Assembly (NCBI GenBank): GCA_002269645.1
Contig: NIVC01002491.1
Location: forward strand, 1-64,000
DNA length: 64,000 nt
DNA from: Macrostomum lignano
Lineage: Eukaryota
Reading direction: 5' to 3'
Position numbers and translations under genes: made by a program. Shown here one piece after another: positions 1 through 13,000 of the stretch (position 1 is its first letter; each line of letters starts with the position of its first letter). The notes under the pieces were generated by a model, which saw only the letters and a program-made list of their open reading frames with translations, had not been told where the DNA came from and made no database searches.

Positions 1-147
1 ACGCATAAATATGAAACTGCAATATTGTTTTGCGCTCTAAGGTTCATGTTGTACTCGCGACTCTCAGGAAGGGTGCACCTACGAGGGTCAGAGTACGCGG
101 GCCCGTGCTGGCCTGCGTCGGGGTGCGAGTGTCCGCACGGGACCCTA

Positions 148-342
<195 letters not shown>

Positions 343-882
343 CTACAGCTCCCGAAATGAAGAGACAAGGCAGTGACTTACTTCGCGGATAGCTCGCCCT
401 TGCGCGTGCGGTCAATAAATCGTAGCTGAGGTCTGCTCGCGGCTGGTGGACCCGATGGTCAATGTTTATTGCGTATGTGTTAGGGGAAGGACGGTCTAAA
501 GACGCTGTAATCGGCGCTCTGGGCCTGCGTTGTAGAGTGCGGCAAACCAAAACAACCACGGGCCGACAGCCACCCGCCCCGGCCGCGCCTTAAAAGGCCA
601 CGACCCTCCCGGAGCCGGGGGCTCCCCCCCCGCCCCACCCCCGCCCCACCCCCGGCCCAGCCACCCACCGGCCAATCACGGCGCAGCTGGGGGAGGGCAG
701 CCCGGGAGGAGGGCCAAACAGGGCGGCCCAGCCAACCAGCGCGCAGACAACCCAAAGGGCTAAGCGGCTTACACCGCTGAGCCTATCACACCAAAAACAA
801 ATACGGAGCAGAGTGCACTTTGGCAGGGCAAGCGCACGGGCACAACGTTCAGAAAGTCGTTGAAAATCTCTAAAAGAATGCA

Positions 883-2796
883 TTAAATATCCGGCAAAGA
901 TTCCATTTCTCGACTACAGGATCTAAAATTTTGCTGCCTCCGCTTGAATTCACTTTTCGAGTACAGCCTCTTGAACACCGGTTGAACAACCTCAACGATA
1001 ACCCGACGTTTACAGCTGCCGTGAGACCTCACCTCGAGCCAGTGCTTGCACCGAAACACGAACCCGAAGTACCGAAACGTCTTCAACGCTGTCAGAAGTC
1101 GCAGCAGGTCGAAGGCCACATCGAAGTCGCTGATGCACCGCTGGAACGTCTCCGTGACGAACGCGATGAGAAAGTTCAGCAGGTTGAGGCCCACAAACAC
1201 GAAGAACAGCACGTGGATGATGAGAACCATCACGCTGTCCAAGCTGAAGGTGATCATATTGAGGATGACCTTGACCGACGAGTAGAGCGACAACAGGCCG
1301 GTCTCGAAGTCGGGCGAGTCGACCAAGATGAAGAAGTCCAGGCTGAAGAGAATGATCCAGTAGAACAGCAGCGGCAGCGCGGCCAGGAAGCTGGACAGCA
1401 TGCAGTGGAAGGTGAAGAAGAGCTTCCCGACCGACTTCGTCACGATCTCCATGTACTGCGCAAAGTGCAGCAGCGTGAACGCGATGAAGAGAGTGTTGGA
1501 CCCAATGAACAGTTGCTCCACAGCTCTACCGTTGCTCTGGTCGCTTGGATACAAATTTTCATAGAAATTATCGGACCTCAGGAACGTCGCGACAACTAGA
1601 AAGCAGATGCCACTCGCGATTGCAACAAAGTGATAAAAATCAAAGATGGCCCGTCGAACAAATCTGTCAAGCAGCGACCAGTTGTCCGCAGTCAATATTT
1701 TTTTCTTATTTTCGTGTTCAAGCGCAGAGAATCCAGTCTTCAGAGCCGCAGTGACGCACATGAAGGCAGTCACGAGACTAATCACCAGAAAGTTTATGTC
1801 GATGGATTGAAGAAATTCTGCACAGCTTTTTGACTTTATTTTTTGCTGATTAAAAAACGTAAAATAAATGGTTAAATTGCTCAAAACGCTGGCATTGTAT
1901 CCTGATGATTTTGCAGCAGAAAATGTTGCTCGGTTGCAGTGAATGAGGTTGCCAAAACAGGCCACCGTCAGCATGATTGATTCGTTCACGGCTGTAAGAA
2001 GAAATACCGATGTTGGAACGCTCATCACCAGCAGCCTCAGAAATGTGATCGCTCGAGTCTGACGGTACGTCAACCGAAGCCACTGTCGGATGAGAGGGTC
2101 CTCCATCAGCTTGGACTTCTTGAGCGACTCGACCTGACTCGACGCTACATAGGTGAGCAGGTGCAGAGGACTCGAGTTGCACCGGCTCCCGTGACACAGG
2201 TCGTAGTCGGTGAGGTCGTAGAGACGGACGGCCCAGCCGCCGGATCGAGTCTCCGATTTCAACAGGTAGTTCGGCAGGTGCAACATCTTGCGGGCCAGTC
2301 GGAATGCAGCGAACTTCACGCACGCCTCCAGAGGTCGGAGACCGCTCGAGTCCTCCTGGGTGACCAGCCTGTCTAGCAGACGAGGCTCTCTACTCAGCGT
2401 CGAGAGGAGCGCCGTCTCCAGACGCTTGGCTCGCTTGAACCTCGGCGCGTACATCTGGCAGCGAGCCAGACTGTGCACAACGGTGCTGCCGTCGAGCTCG
2501 AGCTGAGCCGCGTGCTCGGAGCTGTCTTCCAACAGAGCCTCGAACACTCGCACGGACTGCAGCAGAATCGCCAGGTGGATCGCGTATCCGAACTGCAGAC
2601 TGACGAAGCCCCACTTTCGGCGACTTCTCGGCAAGCGACACCGGATCTCGTGGCTTTCGGTCACGTCGACCAGAGGCTGGGCGAGCCTTCCCGACAGGTC
2701 CGGCTTCAAAGCTCGCATGAAGGCGTCAGGGTCGTCATCGACCAGAGCAGCCAGCGCCGCTTCTGCCGATTCCATGCTTCGTGTGTTAGAAAGCAT
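883..2796 (-). CDS. Intronless TRPV-family (vanilloid-type) cation channel, 637 aa
   Basis: Single ORF. It has ankyrin-like repeats (GYAIHLAILLQS, GSTVVHSLA, GLRPLEACVKFAAFRLARKML), a TRPV-type linker (GWAVRLYDLTDYD), about six hydrophobic segments, and an S6/TRP-box-like LNLLNFLIAFVTETF. A pyrimidine-rich acceptor (ttcttcag) lies at 2865-2864 upstream. Confidence 0.8.
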   Translation of the reverse strand: MLSNTRSMESAEAALAALVDDDPDAFMRALKPDLSGRLAQPLVDVTESHEIRCRLPRSRRKWGFVSLQFGYAIHLAILLQSVRVFEALLEDSSEHAAQLELDGSTVVHSLARCQMYAPRFKRAKRLETALLSTLSREPRLLDRLVTQEDSSGLRPLEACVKFAAFRLARKMLHLPNYLLKSETRSGGWAVRLYDLTDYDLCHGSRCNSSPLHLLTYVASSQVESLKKSKLMEDPLIRQWLRLTYRQTRAITFLRLLVMSVPTSVFLLTAVNESIMLTVACFGNLIHCNRATFSAAKSSGYNASVLSNLTIYFTFFNQQKIKSKSCAEFLQSIDINFLVISLVTAFMCVTAALKTGFSALEHENKKKILTADNWSLLDRFVRRAIFDFYHFVAIASGICFLVVATFLRSDNFYENLYPSDQSNGRAVEQLFIGSNTLFIAFTLLHFAQYMEIVTKSVGKLFFTFHCMLSSFLAALPLLFYWIILFSLDFFILVDSPDFETGLLSLYSSVKVILNMITFSLDSVMVLIIHVLFFVFVGLNLLNFLIAFVTETFQRCISDFDVAFDLLRLLTALKTFRYFGFVFRCKHWLEVRSHGSCKRRVIVEVVQPVFKRLYSKSEFKRRQQNFRSCSREMESLPDI

Positions 2797-3110
2797 AAAT
2801 GATTGACGGCTATATCTTGAACTTTTTAGCTGCTGCGTCAGAAGACGAGCTGCAGTCTGTCTCCTGAAGAATAACTATACCAACTATACCTAATATATGA
2901 CAGAAGTGCTCACGGAGCAATTGCTGATTCAGTCTTCCTATCCCTATGGAACAGCGTTGTTGGAGGATTCGCTGAGTGGGCGCTCTCTAACCGCGTGCCT
3001 CCTATTTTGAATAATTCTGCCCGGGCCCTGTGCCGATCTCCGCAGCTCGTGAGCAAACATGCTGTTCTTGTCCCGCTGCGGGGACGCTTCGAGGCTGTAG
3101 TCAACTTTCG

Positions 3111-3124
3111 ATCGCCATGGCAAC
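3111..3124. promoter_or_regulatory. X-box-like motif upstream of the TRPV gene
   Basis: ATCGCCATGGCAAC, 2 mismatches to GTTGCCATGGCAAC, ~315 bp upstream of the ATG. Confidence 0.35.
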
Positions 3125-4052
3125 AAGCATTGATTAATCTGCGCCTGCGTGCTTGTCCCATTTCCTCACTAGGATTTCGTGGGGATTTCGATAACGATTT
3201 TACAAGGGGCCTAATAGGGAATCGGCAATAGACGAATCGGATACAGTGTTTGAAGTGCTCTCCTTGCCCTTTAGCTATTGGAAATCTAAAATAAACAGTA
3301 AATGGCCGATATTTTGTTTAATCTGTGAGTTTACTGTTTCACCCAGAGCTGATTGCTAATTTCATATTACTGTTTGCCCGCGTGAACAACCTGGTGGCCT
3401 GGAGTACTTTTGGCTCAGTGCTATATAGTTAATAACGAAGTACCTGATGTTAAACTCAGAACAAGTTTTAGACTCGTGAGGTTCTGGTAGTCCGGGGGTT
3501 GCAATTTACTTTTATAGCTTCAACTTTCATGTCGGGGTTTCGCCAGTGAGTATGCGTTTTTAAGCGCAATAAAAATGCGTCAAGCTTATGTAAGTAAAGC
3601 TACAAGTCTCAAGCAGAAATTACGGTAAATACTGTTTAGGCGGTGAAAGCGGATTAATACATTATTATGTTGGGTAGGATAATTTATTACTGGCTTGTGC
3701 CAAATTTTTCTAGCAACAAAGGAGAAGGGAGGGCGAAACTAGCTCGGCTGCAATGAGGAAACGAACAATTTTTTTATACGGGAAAACTCTACGAATAGTA
3801 AGTAGTATGCTAAGCGCATGACAGGCATATATTATTAATCTCATTATAAAAGCTCAGTCGATCCTTCAATTAAATCGATGTTTTTGTTTCTTAAGAGCAA
3901 GCGAGGTGAGAAAATGCAGAACGGCGCTTATCATGAGCTTCTGTACAAATCCGATCGCGCCTTGGTCGGGGCGCGCTGATCCGAGGCAAAGCTAGGCAAG
4001 GATGACCGTGTGACGAAGGAAGCGAAGGAAGCCAGTAAACCAGGTGCTCAGC

Positions 4053-7000
4053 TCAGTTACCGCCGCCTCCGGTGAACAGCGACACCAGCTTGTTTGGCTT
4101 CAGCCGCGACGTCAACGAAGACATCTTTCTGCGCACCGGAGAGGTTGCCGCGGCAGCCGTCGACTTTGCAGCCGATGCTGCGGCACCCGCCGCCGACTGT
4201 TGCTGCTTTGGTGCCTCCTGAAGTCGATTGGCAACCTCTTGAGCGCGCCTGGAATCAATGCGTGCTTGGATTCAAGAACGGTGCAGTATGGAAGCCCTCA
4301 GTTCGATGACCTCAGTTTGATTTGACCCCAGATTAAAAGAGAAATACGCATTCGACCTTTGCGCTGAACTGCCAGTTGAAATCTGCAGCCTTCCAGTCTA
4401 CGCAGCTGCATCAAGCCCTATTAGATATTTTATTGGGCAAATTGCAGCCGGCCCAATGCGCAGCAGTTAAAAAAACAATGGCCTGCTGTCATTCTGGACC
4501 CACCCCCGGCTGCAACTCTTTCCTGTGCAGATCACTTCCGAAGTGGTACTGGATGAATTGGAATTCCGGAATTACATGTTAAGCAGCCTGGGGCCGCCCC
4601 CCCCCGTAAGCCATTTGGATTGTAAATAAAAACTTCAAAGGAAGTGCGCACGAGTGAATAGAGAATGCATTGCACTCAAAAGCTACATTTAGGTGCATAA
4701 CAGCTTCTCAGAGATTTGATGTTACAGGGGAGGCCCGTAGCCTAGTGGTCTAGCGCAAGCCCAGGCTCGATTCCAAGTGCAGCCAAATTAATTTGGGGCT
4801 AAATTGGAATCTCGGCTTGGCTCTGCTCGTGCAATTAACGCCCTTGAGGGCCAACCTACCAAGGCCCAGTGAAGTGTACATGCCTAACGATAAATAAAGT
4901 TAAGGCCGCTGTACACTCTTGTGTGAGTGTGCCTGTGCGTCCCGGTACCCAGGCTAAGAAGCGCCCTAGAGTCAATTGTGTCGCCCCAGAGTCGTTTCAG
5001 AGTCGCTGCAGCTAACTCAGGTAAAATACGAAAGAAGCGACTCTAGACGACTCTAAATAGACGAGATTTCACCGAGAAGTCGCCAAAAAGTCGTTAAAGA
5101 ATCGTCCAAGAGTCAATTTGAAGCGTTCTATTGTCTGCGACTCTGAAATGACTCTGTGGCGACACAAGTAACTCTGGCACGACGATATGACGAGCTTGGG
5201 CCGTAGGGTTATATTTGAGGCGTGCTAGAGTCGCTGTAGTTAAGCGCCAACACGACGACTCTTGGACGACTCTTTCGTGACTCTTACGACTCTACAACTC
5301 ATGTGACGTGCTCGTGACGCAACAGTCGCATTAGGTGCGTTTGGGTCGTTAAAAAGTCCCGAGAGTCGATCCAGAGTCCCTAGAGTCACTAGTCAGCTGT
5401 TTGCAACGACCTTTTAGTGATTCTTTGTCACGGTATCGTTTTCAATGGGCGTATGACTGCGTACGTATCCGCACACTTGTGTGCCTCCTGCTCAGGGGAG
5501 TCGGTGGAATGGGCAATAATGGACACAGCCCTTCTGCCTCCAACAACAAATCGGATGTTGCAGAAACCTACCTGGTGAGATCTTCAACCTCCACCAGCAT
5601 AGAGTCCTGCTCCATGTGCAGATCGTCCCGCTCAATTAGGCTTTTAACCAGGTCCTCGTTGTGCGCTGCGCGAATGGGTGAGAGGCGGGTTTGAAGCGTT
5701 TGTTTATTTAGTGAACCGATTTGTTTAAATTAGCTTGTTAGGTCTTAGTGGCCAAAATCGCCGAAAGATAAAAGCGATAAAGGCTCTCGCTTTGTTTGTG
5801 CGTCCATCGTCTGGTTAAGCTAGCGATGTGACCGATGTCCTATTCTGGCCTAATTTTCTTTCGCTGAGAAAATGAATGCCAGCCACTAATGGATCATCTC
5901 TATAGAGTCGCTCCTATAGAGGCTCTCTGTCAGCCTCTGGAGCTGTCAGATGCAGCAAAGCAACGCTTTAAGCCTGGAGGCTGTGCTGGAGGTCCAAAAA
6001 TTCGAGGCTAAGAGGCGAAAAGGGGGAGAGCGAACAGCGGAAAGACGCGCGCGCGAAGCCTCGCCTTCGCCTTTGGAGAGGCTCGCGGGCTTCAGGCGGG
6101 CGCAGATAATGGATGACGGCGGCGAGTGTTTTGGTCCCGAGGCCCGAGGGCTGCCCGGAATTCAAGACGGCTCGCCACGGGTCCCGTTGAAGGCCAAAAT
6201 GGAGAGAAAACACACACGCAGCCGGGCAGACAGACAGCGCCAATGCTTCATTTTCTTCCCAACATATTTTTCCTTGCCCGGAAGAATTACCCGTATTTTC
6301 CCCCATTATAGTTCCCACTATACTGCTCCCATATTCGCCAAATAGAACTGTATACACTTTTGTGCATTACTGCATCCTGGCAGACTGGGGGAAAGGCCGA
6401 TGGAGGCTTCCCGTTTTCACTTTCTCTGCAGTGATTACCCGAACGCCCACGGACGCTTGCGCAGCTACTGGGCCTCCCAAATCTCTTCATGCTGCAGAAT
6501 ATCATGGCCAATTCCATATGCCAGTTCCACGGCGTGGGAAACAGGGGACCCCGATTCCTTCTGAGGTCGAACGGGACGGGACGGGACGAACTTTCGGGCC
6601 GAGGCGATGCAGGAGCAGCTGCTAAAAGTCGGACGTCATTATCTTCTGGGCCGCAGTCTCGACGATGCGGCGCGACCCTCTTCCCCCCCTGGAATTCTAG
6701 GAAATAGTGCAGCTCGCTAGCGGCCGCTTATATGGTCAGAATGAGGACTCTACACCAGCCCATCAGCGAAGCTTTATGATGGCCCAGTCGATCTTTACTG
6801 CCATTGCTGGCTGGCGCTTTTCGTTATATTTTTCCTAAGCTACCATCTATATAGTCAAAATAATAACGGATGATAATAAGCAATAGCAGGTGCGCTCGTT
6901 AAAACTGATGTGCAGGTGCTGTTTTACAGCCCAAAACAGGACGGGACAAGTCGCCGCAAGCTACCGATGGGAGGGGCCTAATGAGCTGTCCAAAATGGCG

Positions 7001-10000
7001 CTGAATAGCAATGTAGCCCGAATAGTTCCGGCTAATCTGCGAGGAAGAAACTAGGTGTGTATACACTCACTCTCAATGCGGCACAGCAGGTCATTGTGAA
7101 TGACTTGCAGGGCCCCGAGGCTCAGCTGCTGCAGGTGGGCCCGGTGGAAACGGCGTGCTGCGGCTGGGCTGACGCCCATCAACTCGGCAACGAGATCGCG
7201 GCTGGCGCGGCTGCGCTGCTCGTGGCGTTCCACCTCCAGTTGCATGCGGGCCATTGGTCGGGCCTGGAGGTCGGTTGGTTGGTTTGTTAGGTTGCATATT
7301 GGAGCTTAGTGGGGTGGGTGTGCGGAGTGAGGTGGGTGTGTAGAGTGAGGTGGGCGTGTGGAGTGAGGTGGGTGTGCGGAGTGAGGTGGGCGTGTGGAAT
7401 GAGGTGGGCGTGAGGAGTGAGGTGGGTGTGCGGAGTGAGGTGTGTGTGCGGAGTGAGGTGGTGAAGAGAAAGTGAGATGCAAGTCAAGAGTAGCGAATTG
7501 AACTTTCTACGATGGGACCCGGCTGTCTGGTACACCATAAATTAATCTTGGATTTTTAAGGACAGAAGAGAACGCACTTGTGCCAGGGCCAGCTGAGCTT
7601 CGGCCTGCAGTTGCGCCTGCCGAGTCAGCAGGCCATCGCTGGCTTCTGAGCAGCAGGTGCCGGCCGAAGCGGCGGCGCCAGCGGTAACAGCAGATGCGGA
7701 ACCGGATGCAGAACCGGACAGGCTGCTGGTACTGCAGCAACTGGTAGCTGCGGCGGTAGATACGCCAGTAATTTGACTGTCCGATGCTCCCGATGGGTTC
7801 AGCGGCTGAAGCTGTCGGATTCAGACTTTGAGGCTTATCTAATGATCATAAAACTTCTAATAAAATCGTAAAAGACTTTCTAAGACTCGAGGAAGACTTT
7901 CTAAGAATAAAATATGATGACAGCATCCCAAGGATGCGAGTTCTCCATCTCTCACCTCGGATTTGTAGGCATCGCAGATTCCGGAGTCGGAGACCAGCGT
8001 AGAAGAATTGGCGCTGGCGGCTGTTGAATCATCGGTGTCGGCCGCGTCGTCTTGGCGGGCTCCGTCGGCAGTGGCGCAGTCGCCGTCCTCTTCGTCGCTG
8101 GTGAGATCGCTGATGAAGCAAAGCTGCATGGGAGCAGCAGCCTGATGAGGGATTTCAAAGTGAGTTGAGTTGTTAGCGTGGTTATTTAACCTCAAGTTCT
8201 GTTGTTAAACTTCCAGATTTTTTTCAACAATAATTAAAAAATTTAGGTTACCATGGCAACGAAAAAACTCGTTTTAACGATGCTTCCTCTTCCAGCAGGT
8301 TTGACTAATCTATGGGATAAGCCTATGCTTGTGATTACTCAACCCAGTTCTACTGCGAATGGTTTCTTCACCTGCGACACCTGTGCTCGCCGCCGTTTTT
8401 GCTGCGGCCTGAAGCTCTGCTCTCTGTCAATCGCTGCGCCATGATTTTCAACACCGTCCGGCCCGTCGGCCGGGCTGGCGGCCTCCTCCGAGCAGTCCGA
8501 GTCCGAGGCGGCGTCGTTGCGGAAGCACATCTCCATGCCGTTCGACTGCGCCGGTGCCAGCGCCAGGCCGGAGCCCGCCATGGTTGCCGTGGCCGATGAT
8601 GACGCGGTGGTGGCCGTTGACGAGGACAGGCCGACGCAGCCGGGAACGCCGTTGCCAAAGCAACCGGCTACGGCCGCCGAAGTTGAAGCCAAGCCGCTGT
8701 CCACATCGTCATCTTCGACCGACATGCTCAGTGCCTGCAGCACGCGTTCCCGCTCCGAGAGGCCGGCAGTCTGGGTTATGGGGTGGGTTAAATGCTTTTG
8801 AATTCATTGTACAGACTTCTCTCTCCCTCTCTCCCACACTGTACACTGAATGTACATAAAGCAGTCAATCTGTCGTCCCCCTAGGCCCTTCTTTCCAAAC
8901 CAACCCCCCAATTTACACCCTGCCCCCTTGTTTCGCGTACATTGATGTACACAGCGTCTGCCATATTAAGCTTCTTGGGTCTAAGCTCTCGATCATCATC
9001 TTCTCTTTTGTCAATTTCATGCCATCGTTTTTGTGTGCGTCATGGTTAAAGTACATGAACCAAACAGACTCTTTCTGACTTTTTTCGAATCGATTGAAAT
9101 AAAATGTTAGAAAATTTTGGTCGATTTTATGTCAAGAATTCATGCAGTACCGTCATTTCAATATTAAACTAGGATGGGAGATCTGCATCGTTGAAAATTA
9201 CCACAGGACGAAAAGGCGTTGATGAAGCAAATGAAATTTACTTCGCAAAAAGCGAAAGAGCTGCGTAATTAACAGAGGAACGGAGGAGCCAAAATGAGCT
9301 TCAAGCAGACTACTTTTTCACGCCAGCTTGGCTTAGCTAGGCTTGACTTGACTTTTCACTCATTAGTGTTCCAGGCGGTCCCGATTCTCAGTTACTCTGC
9401 TTCTTTCCTTGAAGCTCAGTGAGGATTCAGGAAGACTTTTGCTGCTATTCTATTCTGCTGAAAAAACACACACAAACTTCCAGAGCAAATAAAATGAGCC
9501 CTCGTGCTTGAATTAACTTGAGTTGAGAGATTTAAAGAGAAAAGGCAGACGAGGGAGAAGACTGGTAGCTCGTAGCGGCAGAGTGAGATGCGGCTGCTTC
9601 TCAGGACTTCTCCTAAGCTGAGTGAAGAGTTCTTAATTGCTGCTCCATCCGTCACGCCAGTTGGGTATAGCAAATGGCACTTCAACTTGACGATGGTAGC
9701 TTTGTTCAAGACAGCCGCTCGCTCCCGGTCCTCTCTCCTTCATCTTTATACACCAGCTCCCGTTCCTCGCCCGATTCCAGCGTCCGTGCTTCATCCTACT
9801 TCATCGCGACTCATAAAAATCGTCTTTACTGACGATCAATCGATCCTGACAGACGGAACTTTGCATTCTGAGTAGTCAGAGGCTGTGACAGGAATTTTTT
9901 GTAGAGCCAAGTGCTACAGCAGGCGTCTAAGTCTTGGAATCGAACACACCCGGGTTCGATTCCGCTCGATACGCGGAAACTGACCTGAGCCTTGTTAGAA

Positions 10001-13000
10001 GTACCGAGCTGGACGTTATCGTACGATTCACACTACCCATGAGGGCCAACCCCCGAGGCACAGAAAGTGTACATGACTGACGATTGGAAAGTCGTCGCAG
10101 TCGAAAGAATTGCCGCATCGCTGGTTGTGTGACCATGTCGCTGAAGGTGTTGCGCCAGGGTGCACCCTTTTGTGCAAATATCTGTTATACTTTTATGCCC
10201 CGGATCCTAACCTTACTTCAAGAATATTTGATATGAGACGCAAAAAGTTGTTTTCGAGAACGGCCGACAAGCAAACTTATAATTCCTTCGCTCAGCCGGG
10301 CAATTTTCGCATAATTTTTCTCTCCTCAAGAGCTCTGTAATTCTTGTCTCTTGTCTTTAAATTATACTCCTCGACGCACTTCAAAACGACAGTCGATCCG
10401 CAGCCAGAATAGAAGCAAGGGGTTTTGCCCATTCCGCCACCCCCGAGCATGCGGGTGCACGCGGACGAGTACGCAGTCACGCACTCGCGCATACAGTAGG
10501 CACGCTTTGGGGGCTCTTCAATGCGGCTTGAGTTGCCCAGCCTAATGACCAGTAGGCACGCTTTGGGGGCTCTGCAATGCGGCTTGAGTTGCCCAGCCTA
10601 ATGACCAGTAGGCACGCTTTGGGGGCTCTTCAATGCGGCTTGAGTTGCCCAGCCTAATGACCAGTAGGCACGCTTTGGGGGCTCTTCAATGCGGCTTGAG
10701 TTGCCCAGCCTAATGACCAGTAGGCACGCTTTGGGGGCTCTTCAATGCGGCTTGAGTTGCCCAGCGTAATGACCAGTAGGCACGCTTTGGGGGCTCTTCA
10801 ATGCGGCTTGAGTTGCCCAGCGTAATGACCAGTAGGCACGCTTTGGGGGCTCTTCAATGCGGCTTGAGTTGCCCAGCCTAATGACCAGTAGGCACGCTTT
10901 GGGGGCTCTGCAATGCGGCTTGAGTTGCCCAGCCTAATGACCAGTAGGCACGCTTTGGGGGCTCTTCAATGCGGCTTGAGTTGCCCAGCCTAATGACCAG
11001 TAGGCACGCTTTGGGGGCTCTTCAATGCGGCTTGAGTTGCCCAGCCTAATGACCAGTAGGCACGCTTTGGGGGCTCTTCAATGCGGCTTGAGTTGCCCAG
11101 CCTAATGACCAGTAGGCACGCTTTGGGGGCTCTTCAATGCGGCTTGAGTTGCCCAGCGTAATGACCAGTAGGCACGCTTTGGGGGCTCTTCAATGCGGCT
11201 TGAGTTGCCCAGCCTAATGACCAGTAGGCACGCTTTGGGGGCTCTTCAATGCGGCTTGAGTTGCCCAGCCTAATGACCAGTAGGCACGCTTTGGGGGCTC
11301 TTCAATGCGGCTTGAGTTGCCCAGCCTAATGACCAGTAGGCACGCTTTGGGGGCTCTGCAATGCGGCTTGAGTTGCCCAGCCTAATGACCAGTAGGCACG
11401 CTTTGGGGGCTCTTCAATGCGGCTTGAGTTGCCCAGCCTAATGACAGCCGATTTTGTAATCAACTTTCGTCAGCAATGTTTAATCAGAGCTCGTTCTCGA
11501 GTCGCTGTCGTCGCTGAGCAGACACCTGTCAACGCCGCGGCTTGGTTGGCCTACCTGGCTCTGCTCCGGCGCGTAGATCCATCGCACGCTGCTCAGTCCG
11601 AGCATGTCGGCCGGTCCGAGCCACAGCTCGCCAATGGCGGCCAAGAACCCGTAGCCGCTGTTGATGCCGCCTGCTCTGCGCGGGTCCAGCTGCATGGCAG
11701 GCAGCCCAGGCAGCGAGCGGACAGGCGGGCGGGCGGCCGGTCGGAGGGAAAGCTGGCCAAGCCGCGCGTCCTGCTGCTACTTTTCTGTCTGTAGCAGCGA
11801 TCGGGGAGATTGGGAGGGGAGGAGCAGCTTTGCCGGCCGGGGATTCGGCGGGCGGGAGAAGAGAAAGAGCATGGGGATCATGGGTCGAGATTATTATTGG
11901 GGAGAAAGACGAGTTTGCAAACGAAACTGAATGAGGGGAGCGGAGCGGGTGAAGGCCGGTTGTTCCGGCCTAGAGAGAGAGGGAAGTTTATGCACGCTTG
12001 ATGGCGGCCGCGTCTGGGCCAGCCTTCGATGCTGATTAGGAAGTTTCGTCGGCTCCTTGGAACTTTTTAGGGAAGTGAAAAAATGGTTGAAACTTGTTGG
12101 GCTTATTGGGCATCCGTAGCTCAGTGTTCCACAAGAATTCAACAGAAATGAATGCGGAAGACGTGGAGTTCTTGGCCTGGAATCCGGAATGGAGAACTCT
12201 GGAGAGAGAAATCCAGACATTGGGCTTCACACTCCCAGATATTGCAAAGCAGAAAGGATACAAGATAAGTAGAAGAAGCAGCGCAGAAAGCGAAGCGGCT
12301 GCGGATTATGAATTGATAAACAGTTCCGGGCTCACTGGAACTTTTGGAGGGGCCAAAAAAAGCAGCGGCAGTCGAAAAATCGCAATGCAATTTTGTGTGC
12401 GCGAGGATCTGCGCTCCCAACCCTTGGTCGCTTCCTTCTCCGTCTCAGTGTTTTTTTGCCCCGTCGGCTGCAACGGGAACCAGGGCTGAGAAAAAGTTTC
12501 TAGGGAATGCCATCGCAGCTCGCCCCATAGTGGGAGAGACAGATCAAACCTCCTCTTCTATTGCAGCAATTCAGTCAACTGTACGAGCGCACAGAACTTC
12601 TCTTCCTTCTCCAGCTCCGTCGGTCCTTCGGGCGGACGAAAATATTCCCAGTTTCTTTTCGCAAGTTGGAAGATGCAACAGCGACTCAGACAGTCGGATC
12701 CCATGGGGGGGGTCTATACTTTAGGGTTCAAGCACGGTCGGTAAGGCTTGAAGGAGAAGATTTACTAAGCTTCTCAGGCGGTTCAGAACCAATTGTGTTG
12801 AAAATTTTTCATTAATATTCTTTCCATAGTCGATTCAGTGCACCAAAAATAGCCGAGAAGTTATTGATTGCAAAATTTCTTTAAACAGAAATCTCCCTAA
12901 AATAGTTGAAAACGCTTATCCCAGTTTGCACTACTGTAGGAATAAGCAACAGTAGTATCATAAGAAAATTGGTTTTAAAATGAGTATTAACCCCAGTTCC

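Noticed and set aside
931-2802. Plus-strand ORFs 931-1599 and 2473-2802
   Set aside because: Antisense shadows of the GC-rich TRPV CDS.
5950-6707. Cluster of 60-130-aa ORFs in a SCHIP1 intron
   Set aside because: GC-rich, with no domain similarity and no consistent exon structure.
12094-12489. 131-aa plus-strand ORF (MNAEDVEFLAWNPEW...)
   Set aside because: No recognisable family or splice partners, and it lies in the putative promoter of the SCHIP1 short isoform.
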